A stretch of 64,000 nt of DNA from Piromyces finnis finn. Its lineage: Eukaryota > Fungi > Neocallimastigomycota. Both the position numbers and the translations under genes were made by a program. The stretch covers positions 744,001-808,000 of the forward strand of contig MCFH01000017.1 of NCBI GenBank assembly GCA_002104945.1. Direction: 5' to 3'. The notes under the pieces were generated by a model. The model did not search any database. It saw only the letters and a program-made list of their open reading frames with translations, and was not told where the DNA came from. Below are positions 19,306-42,733 of the stretch, one piece after another (position 1 is the first letter of the stretch; every line of letters begins with the position of its first letter).

Positions 19306-21251
19306 AATTTATTAATATATTTAGGAACATTCTGTTTGTGTAATGCCAATTTTAATAAATTAATACATTCCAAAAAAAAAAACTATAAATAATTAAATAT
19401 TCCAATAAGATTTTATTTAATAAAAAAAATGCACCCTTTTTATTCTTTACTAAAACCATTCTCTAATATTATTAATGTTTCTTTAAAAAAAAAAAGCACA
19501 TTTTATAGCAATTACTTTTTCATTTCTTTTCCTTTTTCTTTTACTCTTTTTCTAAAAATAAAGTCCTTTTTTCTTCCTTTCAACATTCCATATTAATTAT
19601 TAAATTTTGAGGATACAAAATTTTAGACAAAATTTTTTTGTTACATTTATATATGATTGTATTTACTATACCATATATTATATATGTAATTAATATATGT
19701 ACATATTTATTATTAATGAATTAAATAGAAATTAGGGAGCTATTGGTTCAAATGATTATAATACATTTCTTTGAAGAAATTATTATAAATTATATTATCC
19801 AATTGAAAATATATTATAATATAATGTGATATATAATTAATATAATATATATGAATTAAAACTCTATTTATTATTATTTTATAAAAAATAAATTAAAAAT
19901 ATAAATTAAAAATTTCATAAAGATAGAAATAATATAAATTAAAATTTGAAGATTCTTTTAATTTATTTCTTTAATATCCTTTTATGGAAAGAGAATGATT
20001 TGATATCAAACTTTATTTAATATTGAAAAAAAAGAAAGTGGATAATCTATAAATTTTGTTATTCTAACCCACAAAGGAATAAATGGTTGAACTATCACTA
20101 AAAAATGAATGTCATACTAACCTAACATTCATGAAGAGCCTTTTACCCATAAAATAACAATAAAAGGCATGTTTTTTTTTTTTTATTAAAAGGATAGAAT
20201 AAACCATTACATTTATTGCATTCATTGCATTATTTAAAGAAATTCAAAAAAATATCTTAAATTATTAAAAAAAAAAATAGGTTTTGAATGATTGACTTGA
20301 TAATATAATATCTATATAAGGAATAATACCTTATTACCATGAAAAATGTCTATTGAATAAATACTTTAAATGTATATACTCTTATGTTATTACTATAAGA
20401 AAAATATCGTTTCAATAATATATAAAATGAAAAACTATAAAAGAAGAAGATAATTTTAACGATGATGAAATGTCATTAAGCATTTAATGAATACTTTGAA
20501 AATTGAATATCTATTCAATACCATATAAAATGAATTAGCATATATAAAAAGTGTTTTTTTTTTTTTAATATACTCTACATGGTAATTAAAAATAAGATTA
20601 ATGATTTTATTTTTAAAGTATTGATTATAAAAAAAGGTATATGTTCTAGTATTCATTATACTTTTTATGTTTATTATAAAAATCATAAAATAACATTTAT
20701 ATACATAATTATATTGATTTCTTATTTATATTATTTATCAATAATTATTTTATCATTTTATTAATAAAAAAAGTTAATCATATTTTAATATTAATAAATA
20801 CTAAATATCAATTTTTTATACTAAACTTTTTAAAGTGTAATTTTGTTATTTTTATTTTTTATGATAATGTAAAAACATAATGAAATTGTAAATTTCAATA
20901 TTATTTTTATTCTTTAAATTATAAAAACAAAACTATAAAATTTAAATTTATACAAAAACATTAATTATTAAAGCATGATTTTATTATTCAAAAGAAAAAC
21001 TAGAAATATAAAAAAAATCTATATATAATAACATATTTATTATTTAGTAAATGTATTTATATATATATATATATATATTTGAATAGACTTTGTTGGATCA
21101 AAAAGAATTTATAGTATAGTATAGTATATAATAATTATTATTTCTATAGTTTATTCTTTTTTCTTGATAATATTTTTTTTTTATTATTATTATCATTTTT
21201 TCTTTAAACTCTTGAAATTATATTCTTTCTCTCTTTTTTTTTTTTTTTTTA

Positions 21252-27785
<6,534 letters not shown>

Positions 27786-28584
27786 TGTATTTTAATGTTA
27801 TTTTATAATTTTTATTCTTTAAAAAATTTCAAATTATTAATTATTCATTTTAAAAAAAAAAAAAAAAAAAAGAAAAGAAAAGGCTGAATATATTGAGAAT
27901 ATATTGTATCTGTTTAAATCTATTTGAATATGGATAAAAAAAAAAAAGAGTATAGTTGTCGTTATTATTTCTATCCTTAACTTTTTTTTTTTTTTTTATA
28001 ATAATATTTATAAAAGACACTTTTTTCCAAAGAAAAATAAAAATAAAAATAAAAATAAAAAAAATGGAAATACAACATATATTTATTAATAAATACAATA
28101 AATGGTAATGAGTACACATGATTGTTTTGAAATCGAATTACAAAAAAAGGTAAAGTTGTACCACCCACCACTCAAACCTAGAATTTAATTAAATGTAAAA
28201 TAAAAGAAAAAACAAAAAATTAACCATTAAAAATAATTTAAAAAAAAAAAAAAAAAAGAATTAATAATATTATTAATAGTATTATTAATATTATAATTTA
28301 AAAAAAAATAAAGAAAGATTGAAACACGTTCAAAATATATATAAATATTGTAATATTATTTCAAATTTCAAATATCATATCATTAATAAAGAGCACATTT
28401 CATAAAAAGAATACCCATTTTTAAAATCAACATTTCAGAATAATAATAATAACAGTAGTAATAGTAAAACATAAAAAAAAAAAAAAAAGATAAATATACA
28501 TATGTATATGTACTTTTAAAATACCCAAAAAAAAAATATATCAACACCCTCTCAACAATTAAAAATATATATAAAAGAATTAAA

Positions 28585-28910
28585 ATGTCACTAATACTAT
28601 GGATTGAAGTTTTTAGTGCTATTAATGCTATAGTTATAGGATATACCCTTTTATTTTTAAAAAACTATTTCAATACCAATAAAAAAGGTAGAAAAGAACC
28701 AGTATCAACAATGATAGTTTTTGGTTCAGGTAAATATTCCTTTTTTTTTTTTTTTTAATAACAATAATATATATATAAATAAGAAGTTTAACATTTTCAA
28801 ATATTAACAAAATCTTTTAAATGAATTTTAAAAATTATAAAAAAAAAAAAAAAAACTTTTTTATTTTCTATATTTCCTATTTTTAACCTTTCCTACACCC
28901 TTTCTGCAAA

Positions 28911-28942
<32 letters not shown>

Positions 28943-30032
28943 CAATTTATAATGAATTTCTAACATAAAAATTAGGTGGACATACAACAGAAATGGTAAG
29001 ACTTGTAAAAAACTTACCAAAAACAAGATATTCACCTCGAAATTACGTTGTTGCTGATAATGATGATATGAGCAAAGAGAAAATGTCTCAAATAGAAAAT
29101 AATGCAACTGATGTAAATATATTCCTTATATTTTTATATAGTCTAATGACTTTTTTTTTTTTTTTTTTTACATATATAATATATAATATATATAATATTG
29201 TTATTTTTATTTTTAAATTTAAAAATATTTATATCTACAACTCTATAAAATATATAAATATATAAATATTTACTTTATAACTTTTTATTTTTTTTTTTTT
29301 TTATGATGAATATCTATATCTGTATGTTTGTATCTATCTATATATTAGGCTAAGCTTATTGAAATTCCAAGAAGTCGTAAAGTTCACCAATCCTTTTTTA
29401 CTTCAATTTTTACTACATTGAATGCAATGGTTTATTGCTTTATATATAACTATAAACATCAACCAGAATTGGTAAATATAAAAATAATAATAATAATAAT
29501 AATATATACTATATATATACATAAATATAATAATAATAATAATATATACTATATATATACATATATATAATAATAATAATACATATATAATAATGCATAT
29601 ATATATACATATTAATAGTATCTCTTAATGTTTTTTTATATATATTTATGAATTGGTATTATATTTTATTTTTATGTATATAATATATATATTGTATAAT
29701 AGATTATATGTAATGGACCTGGAACCTGTATCCCTGTATGCTATTCCGCCCTAGTGTTATCATGGTTAATGCCATGGAGAAAAAATGGGTTTGGCCATTT
29801 AAAAATTATTTATGTAGAATCCTTAGCAAGAGTAAAGTCACTTTCCCTTACCGGTAAATTGCTTTTACCAACAGCTAGTCGTTTCATTCTTCAATGGCCA
29901 GAGCTTTACACAAAAATTACTGGAGTAGAAATTAAAGAAAATGGAAAATTGGTATCAACCCATCATCCTACGACACCTGAACAAACCAAATCAATGACTC
30001 AACGAATTATATATAAAAATGATTTAATGTAG
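28585..30032 (+). CDS. ALG14: UDP-N-acetylglucosamine transferase subunit ALG14 (244 aa). Exons 28585-28729, 28976-29112, 29349-29471, 29703-30032
   Basis: N-terminal TM helix, then MIVFGSGGHTTEM, IPRSRKVHQSFFTS, ELIICNGPGTC, IIYVESLARVKSLSLTGKLL and FILQWPEL. Exon total is 735 nt, in frame. Confidence 0.95.
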
Positions 30033-30539
30033 TTTAATTTTATAAAAAAAAAAAAAAAAAAAAACAGTTATTATAAAAATATAGAAATACCTATGATTGT
30101 ATATTTAATTCACTAAAATAAAATAAAATAAAAAAAGGAGAGAGAATAATCATTCTCTATGTAACTATAACCAAATGTATATATAATAACAGTAATAAAT
30201 AAAGAAAATTATAAATTGTGAATAAATGCTAGACTAAACCATTAGCCATAACAATAACCATAATAATAATAAATTAGTTTATTCTTTATATGAAATCATT
30301 ATAAAAAAAAGGATGAAATACCTTTTTCTTTTTTTATGAATTGTTATTTTTTAATATTAGTATTCATTCTATTTTCTTTTTTTTTTTTTTTTTTTTTGTT
30401 TTTTTTTTTTTTATTTTAATTCTAGTTTTTATTTAATTAAATTTATGATATTCATATATTCAACGAAAATACATTTTTCCTTTTTTTTTTTTTTTTTTTT
30501 GAAAAGCAAATGATAATATAAAAAAATAAATATATTGAT

Positions 30540-30570
<31 letters not shown>

Positions 30571-30633
30571 TACTACAACTAATGGATACTATAAAGTTTA
30601 ATAAAAATAATAAAAATAAAAAGAAATAAAATG

Positions 30634-30669
<36 letters not shown>

Positions 30670-30816
30670 TGGTTTATATAAATATATAAAAAAAGAAAAG
30701 AAAAGAAAAAGAGAAAAAAAAATTGTATAAATAAAAATTATTTTTTATTTAGTATAAAAAGATATTTTTGTTTTTATATTTTTGTTTGTATTTTTGTTGT
30801 TGGTGTTGTTGTTTCT

Positions 30817-30856
<40 letters not shown>

Positions 30857-31040
30857 GTTTTTTTATGGGTTTTTTTTGGGGGGTTGGTTTTCTTGCTCTA
30901 GGATAAATTTTCCATTTTTTCTTTTTTCTTTTTTTTTTTTTTATTTTATTATTATTAAAACTTTTATTGAGAATTTGTGCTTTTGTTCTTTTTACTTTTA
31001 CTATTATTCATTATTATTTCAGTCTATATTAATATATTAT

Positions 31041-33868
<2,828 letters not shown>

Positions 33869-35609
33869 CTTTGATATTTATACAATAAATTGACAAGTAG
33901 TGTGTGTGTGTGTGTGTGTGTTTAAAAAAAAAACTGAAAAAAATATATTATTAATTTTAAAAAATTAAAGTTTATAACAGAAATTCTAAAAATTATTATA
34001 GAAATTTAGAAATAAAAATAATATTAGTAAAATATAATACATTTTATGAATAAGATATTTTTTTTTTTAGTTATAATTGAGACTAATATATAAGGAAATA
34101 ATTTTGATTTTGAAATTCCTTTTTTTTTTTAACTTAAAATGATGATTATAAATTATAAAATAAAAATGGAATATTTAAAAAAAAAAAAAGTTTTTTTTTT
34201 CTCATTTCATCTTTTCCAAAATTCTTAAACTGTTATTTTTTTAAAAAAAAAAAAAATTATCGGTATCAATATTAATAGTGTAAAAGTTTTAACATTTTTG
34301 AGAAAATTTTAAAATTTCAAATTAAACGATTATCCAACATTTTTTCTTTTTTAAAATTTTGAAATTTATTATTTTATAAAAAAAAACTACATCAATCTAT
34401 CTATCTATCTATGTATATATCTATCTATATATATATTATTGTAGTTTTTTATTATTGCTGTCAATATTATCCTGAAATATATATTTTGACACTTTATTCT
34501 TAAAAGATTTCATTTTTGAAATTTGAATTTCAGACCCATCTTTAACTAATGCCATAATATTATAAAAATATATCTTTTTATAACTTACTTTTTATTTATT
34601 AAAAGGTATATTATTCTTAAAAAATGAATAAATAAATAAAAAACTCTACGTCTTTTTTTAAAAAAAAAAAAAAAAAAAAAGAAAAGAAATCCTTCAAGTA
34701 AAAGTAAAAATTAAACCTTTCACCACACTTTTTCCTTTTATTTTTTTTTATTATTTATAAAAAATTCAAAAAAAAATTAACGGAAAAAGAAGAAAAAAAA
34801 AAAATTTTTTTTTTATTATCAAAAAATTCGAATTAATTAATATATTGAGGATATAAATTTTCAATTAATTTGAATTAATTGATAATATATGGTATTAATC
34901 TATTTTCAACCGAGTCAAAAAGAGGTGGAAATTCAAATGAAAAAGTTTAAAAAAGGGATGACCAAGGAAGCCTAAAAAAGAAACGATAAAATAAATCCAA
35001 TAAAACGTTCATTTATTAAATGTAAAGTCCACAGTTCTAGACATTCAATCGTAATGAATGATAAAATAAAAGAATTGAATCTTTGTCTAAATACTTAAAA
35101 AAAAATGCATTTCGCATTCATAGAAAATACTTTTTAAAACTATTCCTTTTGTAGGCGGCCTTTGTATGGTATTCTTTTCCTATATAGGATTTATTATCCT
35201 TTCTATTGAAAATGAATCGTTTTGTTTTATTACTTAAAAAAAAAAAGTTTCCTCTTAACATTTAATAATAATAATACATTTTTTAGTGGAAAAAAAGCAA
35301 TTGGTAATGTATCTTTTTTATAAAAAAAAAAAAAGTATGACTTGATAAAAAAAGAAATAGTCAAACTAATTAAACTTTAAAAAAAAAAAAAAAGTAAACT
35401 TTTTTAATAGTAAAATATTTATTTATTTATAGAGGGGGAAAAAACATGTACGCATACATGCATTGTTACTTTAAAGTCTTTTATTATTACTACAAAATCT
35501 TTTTATAAATATTTAAAATCCATATTCATTATTTGTTTAAATTATCACTATCGTCATTATTACTAGTAATCATTAGGATTAAACATCATCACCATTATTA
35601 TTATATTAT

Positions 35610-35686
35610 TATTAGTATTAGTATTAGTATTAGTATTAGTATTAGTATTAGTATTAGTATTAGTATTAGTATTAGTATTAGTATTA

Positions 35687-35719
<33 letters not shown>

Positions 35720-35770
35720 TTAGTATTAGTATTAGTATTAGTAGTAGTAGTAGTAGTAGTAGTAGTAATT
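35610..35770. repeat. (ATTAGT)n / (AGT)n compound microsatellite
   Basis: Directly visible hexamer and trimer runs; they explain the ISISIS ORF 35533-35781. Confidence 0.9.
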
Positions 35771-36450
35771 ATTATGATTAACCTTGAGTATCATCACTAT
35801 TGGTAATTATCTATATCATCATCCCTACAACATAAATTTCCTTTCTTTTTTATTTTTAATAAATTTTTCAACTTTTTTTTATTTATTTAAAATTTTTATA
35901 ATATTACAATATTCCCGTCAAACTCCGCCTTACTTTTTTTTATTATTTTTAAATTAAAAAAAAGTATTAGAGGACGGTTCCTAAAAAGAATAAAAATAAA
36001 ATAGAAAAAGAAATTGAAAAAAAAACTTTTAAAGATATAATTACTTATTAATTCTATTTCTATCCCTTTTCCATTCATCATATCATAATTCCCTCACACG
36101 AACAAAGCAACAATTTCAACAATGAAATAAAAAATAAAAAAAATATTTAAAAAGATGGAATTCTTTTTTTTTTAAAAAAAAAAATTATAATAACAATTAT
36201 GATGATGACTATTTAAAGGTTTTTTCATTTCTTTTTCACACCTTTATTCATACATTCATAAAGCACTTTATAAAATATCATTTCCTTTTCTCGTTCCTTT
36301 TCCCTTTTTGTTTTTCAGCTTTAAAGAATTTTTAAAATTTATAAACATTAATTTAGGACATCGTAAATTTTAGCCAATCATATTGTAGAATTTAAATTAA
36401 AAATTGAAGTTTGAAAAGTTTTAAAAAAGAAATACACAAAAAAGAAAAAA

Positions 36451-36596
36451 GGCACTTTTTTATGTAAAAGAAGGAAGGAAGGAAGGAAGAAAGAGATGGC
36501 ACTTTTTTATGTAAAAGAAGGAAGGAAGGAAGGAAGGAAGAAAGAGATGGCACTTTTTTATGTAAAAGAAGGAAGGAAGGAAGAAAGAAAGAGATT
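36451..36596. repeat. Three-copy compound minisatellite GGCACTTTTTTATGTAAAA-(GAAG)n-AAAGAGAT
   Basis: Units start at 36451, 36498 and 36549 (periods 47 and 51 bp) and differ in GAAG number. Confidence 0.9.
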
Positions 36597-39500
36597 AAAA
36601 GTGTTAATTTAAAATGTTATTATAAAAATCTTTGTATAGTTGCTGGCATTGTAGTTTTTCTCTTGCTATTATAATGATACTTTTTTTTTTTTCCTACTAT
36701 TCAAAAACGATATTTATTACAACTCTTCTTTAAATAGTAATGGTGATAACTTTACAATCCTCGATTTTATTTATACTTGTGTATGTATTTAAGAATTAAA
36801 ACCAATTTGTATTTTCAAACTTTTTTTCCCTTATTTAATATAAAATACTTGAAATTCTTTTTTATAATGTCAATTTTTTTAAAAAAAAAGTTTGATATAA
36901 ATTAAAAAGTATTATTATAAATATTTTCTTTTTTTTCTTTTTTTCTTTTAATGGATATGTCTTTTCCACCTAAATCCTTTATTTTTCATAATATTTAAAA
37001 GTTAACTATTGACTTTTTGGGGGGGCATTTCATTATATCGCGTTATCATAATAACATGATCATAATAACTTTTTTTTTTCTTATTATCATTATTCTTTCA
37101 ATAAGGATAATAAAAAAGAAAACTTTTTTTTTTAATAATGTAACTATTTGTCGATGTCATTCGTTTATATGCTATTAAAGATGGGTATAGAGATTAGTTT
37201 AGGGCCCATAACCATCACTCTAGCGTTTTTATATAATAAAAACAAGAAAACAAATTCTATTTTTTTAATTCAATATTAGATAAAAGGTAATTAAACTTTC
37301 TTTAACACCAATAACTCTTTTTATTTTTAAAATAAAGTTACTCAACTTTAAAAAAAAATAAACTATTAATACTTATTCATCTTGAAAAGTAAAAAAAAAA
37401 AAAAGAAAAAAAAAGACACCTCATTTTAATTAATAATAAAATATCTTGTATTTTATAATAATCAAAAAAATTATCTTTTTTTTTTTTAAATTAAACAATG
37501 GTTAAATGGTGGTTGGGTGATGGTTGAGTGAAGTGGTTAGTGATAACGATAAAGGTGAAGATGATAATGATAAAGGAGATCGAATAGACTCATAAATAGC
37601 ATTTAAAGCAAAGCGGACTTTTTTAAAACTATTTTTTTATTTATCAAAAACTTAATATTTTAATAAAAAAAAAAAAAAAAGATAATACAAACTCTTTTTT
37701 TTTTAAAAAAAAAAACACACATTGATAACTTTGAGACGATTTCTCTAAATTAAAAAAGAATATATAAAGTATATTTATCAATAAAAAGGAAAAAAAAAAA
37801 AAGTTGCTTTTTCTATCTTTTATAATATTTAAAATACATTTTATTATTTTATAAAAATTATTAATTATTATTATTATTCTTTCTTGTTAACTATAAAGTT
37901 TTTTTTTCATTCTAAATCTATGTAAAGATAAAAAAGACAACAATAGAATGACAATATAAAAAAGAGTAAATTTAACAGACATTATCCACCAACATTTAGT
38001 TTTATCTTTCTTTCAATGGTATGAAAAATTGATTTTTAAACTTTTTTTATAGTTCAAGATTAAAATATTTTAAACATTATAGACTTTTTTAAATATATAT
38101 ATATGTTCATTTATTATTAGAATGCGTTTAAAAATTCTATAAAATATTCAAAAAAAGGAATCATTAAAAGTTATTTATATCCTAAATTATATATATATAT
38201 ATAATTCTTTTTTTTTTTTTTTCTCCTTTAAAATAATAATGGTGAAAAAGCAATATAAAGTTTAGTTTTAAAAATGATATGATATATATATAACTTTTAT
38301 ATATATATCATTTTTTAAAAAAAAAAAAAAGTTATTTTTATATAAAGTTTAAACAATGAAAAAATGCTCCATTTTAACTCAATTCATTCATCAATTAATA
38401 ATAAAATAAAGACCTTTTTTTAACTATTGGCGCATCTTTTACGCTATTGAATAATTCTTCCTAAGAATAGCAATCAAGCAAACCTTTCTTTTCTTTCTAA
38501 CAAGAAAACATTGTCCTTTTAATAAAAAAAAAAAAAAAAAATCTTTTTCTTTCCTATAACAATATTTTGAAATTTCTTCTTTCTTTCTTACCAAATATTC
38601 CTAATAAATCACCATCAGAATGAAATGCTTTTCCTCCTTTCATCATCTCAACTACAAAAAAAACTACTTTTTTTTTTTTTTTCTTTTTATTACCATTCTT
38701 TTTTTTTATACTTTATTGAATAAAGAATGCTTTTTTCTTTTTTGATAAGAAAGCTTAAAAATTTTAAATACTTTTTTTTTTAACCTTTTAGAACTAAATC
38801 AACAAAAAAAAATGCCTATTCCCATAGACCATCCAACTTACACCACCAACACTCTATACCATTAAAAATTCATTAATAATCCATCACAAAAAAAAAACTA
38901 TATATCATTTTTTTTGCACCCTTCCTTTTAACAAAAAATTACATTGCCTTTATAGAATTAAAAAAAAAAAAAAAAAAAAGTTTGATTTTCTTTTAAACCA
39001 CTTTTTTGGTTATCTTTTTTTTTTATTGCCTAATGGTTTGGTTTATTTCATTATTAGCAAAACAAAAAGCAGACTTTCTTCTTACCACAATTTTTTATGG
39101 TCAACGCTTGAATTAGTCTGGCAGAAAAAATCTGGTGATGAAAAAAAAAACTTTTTATTTATAAAATATAATAATGTATAATGGAATAAATACATTATGT
39201 ATATTTCATTTATATTATAATATATTATAAAATATAAAAATTTATATGTAATTTTATTTTTAATATTTTCTTATTTTAAAATTTTAATTAATAAATTAAT
39301 ATATTAATTAATATATTAAATGATAATCTTATTAAGGTTTAACTTTAACACCAATAAAATTATGATATAAAATAATATATAGTTAATATAAAATAAAGTA
39401 TATTTCATCAAAGAAATCTTATTTTATAATAAATAGATTTAAAGTTTCTATTGATAAAATGTATATTTTGTTTATATTGTAATATATAGTATATATAATC

Positions 39501-42500
39501 ATAAATCATAAAAATGATCATCCATTCAACCAATAAAATAACAGGAAAAATGATTTTATTGGTTCATTCAAAATAACCATAGAAAGTGGGCACATAATTA
39601 AAACGGTTAGGCAAGATGTTTTGGTAATTTTGTTTTTTTTTTCATAAAAGGTAAAAAAGTTGCAATGACACCCACTTACACCTTCAAAGAAAATTAATAA
39701 GAAAAGGTTTTCCCTTGCCTAACACTTCCCCTCTTTTTTATTATAAATTCAAAAAAAAAGTGTCACTCTTCCCTGATCAACCACTTTGTTGTTGGGAAGA
39801 TTTAAAATGGCATCTTTGGTATCTGTCCTTTCTATATATATAATTCAATACTATTGATAATATATAGAATAAATTAAATTTTATTTTATTTCAATTCATA
39901 GTATAAAAAAGGAAAAAGTCATCCTATTTTATATTAATATATAATAATAAATATAAATAGTTTATATTAAACACGGTTCATTATTGAATAAAAAGATTTT
40001 ATTACATTAATTTATTACATTTTATATAATGTATACAATTCATATTTGGATTCATTTATGCCTTTCATTATATAACAAGGATTGTTAAAAAAAAGTAGTC
40101 TATAAACTAAAGGAAAAAGAAATATAGAATATAAATGAGGATATCCTTTTATATTGTTAATACCATTTATATCTTTTACATTATTTATGTATTTTATGAT
40201 TCATCATCACCACCAAATAAATAATGTTTTTTTGATACTCAATCTCCTTAAAAATAAAATTATATATTATTTTTACCAATGACTAAATATAAGGTGGTGG
40301 TTAAATTTAAGGAGTAAAAAGAAAGATTTAAAATAGGCAATAAAATTTTAATTCAAAAGGAAGAAAAAAAGGCAACCTTTTTATAAAGAATTTTTATAGG
40401 TGGTAGAACAGCGGCACAAGTCTTACCAAGAACGTTTTGTAAAAAGATCTTAAGAACAGCGGCAATTTTTTTTACTGGTGCTTCCCTTCTCAAGAAACCT
40501 TTTTTTTTTTTTTTTTTTGTTATTAAAATGGAAATTTTGGTTTCATCGTTTATACAAAGGATAAAAGAAAAGTTCATAAGCACACTTTTCTTTATCACAC
40601 CTATAAACTTTCCATTTCGAAGGAATCAATGACTCATTCAAACCAACGCTAAAAATTATGGAGGGTCACGTGTATATGAGAACCATTAGCATTCTAAAAA
40701 AGTTTGAAAAATGAACTGAGTTTAAAAAAAAAAAAAAAAAGAAAAAATGACAAATTAATTAGTGTTTAGAAAATGAATACCTAAATAGAATAAAGAATTA
40801 AATAATGGTAGTTAAATAGAATAAAATTATAATAGGTATACTACTTTTTTTAAATAGTCCTTTTTACACCACCTAATCCTATATGAATGGATTGTTACTT
40901 TACTTTCTTTATTTTTTTATGTCAAACTCACCTTTCTCTGTCATTTTTTTAATTTAAAATTTAATTTATTTTTGTGTAACTTAAATTTAATATAATTTAA
41001 AGTTTTTAAAGTTTTAATTTTACCATATATATAAATATTTTTTAATAAAATAATATATGTTTTAAAAGAATTTATATTGTACAAGTAATGTACAATATAT
41101 TCTACATATATTATGAATGTAATGGAATTTTAATTAAAATTGTTACATTTAAAAAAAGTGAAAAAAATAGGAATAGAAAGAAGGGTGGTATTGAGGATAG
41201 AGTAATGGAAATGGTAATAACAGACGGTGGTAATAGTGGTAATGCTAAGAGAAAAGAAAGAGAAAAAAGTAATCGTAAAAAAAAAAGAAAAGCACTTAAT
41301 AAGTACTACTATTTTTTTTAATTCTCTTTATATTTATCAACGCTTTTTTTTTTTTAAAAAAAAATGTATATTTAATATTCAGTAAAAAAAAAAAAACTTT
41401 TTAAAGGCATTTTGTATATTGGTGCTTAATAAAAGTTTATAACTTTATGATTTTATTTCCTTTTTTATTAATGATGATGACAAATAAATTCTATAATGTT
41501 TATTTTTTTAATACAAAACCAATTTGGATTGCATGTAGAAAAAGAAGTGGTAATAATGGTAGTTCAAAAGTACACGCATATTTCTCTTTTTTTTTTTTTC
41601 TAATCGTGATATAGAATAACAATTAAAATGATTTTCATACTATGAAAAAAAAAAAGTTGTATTTTTAATTATTTATTGTTTGTTATTTTTATTTAATTGT
41701 TCTTGTCGTTGTCGTTTATAGTAAACTTGGCAGAATTTGATGAATAATAATAGATATATTATTCCTTTAAGCATCTCCCTTTTTTTCCTTTTTTTTTTTA
41801 TTTTTCTCTTCTCACCTCCACCAGAAAATTAGAGCATAACCTTTTTTTTAAAAAAAAAAAAAAAACTCCTAAAGGGTTAAGATTTTTTAAGCCATTTAAA
41901 AGTGCCAATTTTTTTTTTTTTATGTAAATCGCACTACTAATAATATTGCCAATAATACTATTAAAAAAAAAGCTTTATTAAATGACAATGCCTATTTTTT
42001 CTATTATTGATTTCATCATAATAACGATGAAAAGTTTTTATTTTTAAATAAATAAAAAAAGATATAAAAAGATGTGATGATGTGATGTGATGTTGAAATT
42101 TCATTAGGTAGTATTAATAGATTAAAGTATATTTTGATCTTGATTAAATTCTGCTTGTTGGATGGTTAATTTTTTTTTAATTCAATTTACCACCACCACA
42201 ATGATAAAAAAATATATAAATAGAATATGATTACAATCCAATACTTTAATAATTAGTCAATGATTTAATTATTATTATTATTATTATTATTATTTATCTA
42301 TAAAAAAAAGTTGTGATAATAGAAAGTTGCCATTTCAATGTTGTTGGTTTGAACTATTCATTCATTGTTTCTATAAATTAAATTTTAGTTAATAATTTAT
42401 TTATTTTATAATTATTCATTCATTCAATTAAAAAGAGTTATCTTTTTAGTTATCGATTGATTTATTTATTTATTTATTAATCAATAGATAATTAGTAATG

Positions 42501-42603
42501 AATTAATTAATTATTCATTCATTCATTTATTAAATTAATTATTTATTTATTCATTAAATTATTTATTCATTCATTAAATTATTTTAGTTATCAAATAATT
42601 TAT

Positions 42604-42733
42604 AGAGTTAATGGGTCATTCATTAAATTATTAGTATCATTATTTATTTAAAGAGTTAATGTTTCATTCATTAAATTATTAGTATCATTATTTATTTAAA
42701 GAGTTAATGTTTCATTCATTAAATTATTAGTAT
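42604..42733. repeat. 48-bp tandem repeat, about 2.5 copies
   Basis: TCATTCATTAAATTATTAGTATC at 42616, 42664 and 42712; degenerate copies lie upstream (about 42540-42600). Confidence 0.85.

Noticed and set aside
18842-19330. 162-aa ORF with 14-aa repeats, or a CRISPR-like array
   Set aside because: It is the translation of the 42-bp minisatellite. Units are contiguous with no unique spacers, and there are no cas genes in this eukaryotic context.
20456-20764. Short ORFs 20456-20686 and 20579-20764 (also 26877-27227, 30768-31067, 56410-56625, 63458-63709)
   Set aside because: They have AT-rich intergenic or intronic composition (I/F/Y/K only), with no splice or codon support.
37202-37213. GGGCCCATAACC, resembling a tRNA-iMet anticodon arm
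   Set aside because: The flanks cannot form D, T or acceptor arms, so it is probably a chance match.
40353-40598. 81-aa minus-strand ORF in the gene desert
   Set aside because: No good ATG start, it includes poly-A/T runs, and no family motif is recognisable. Only the 12-bp repeat inside it is notable.
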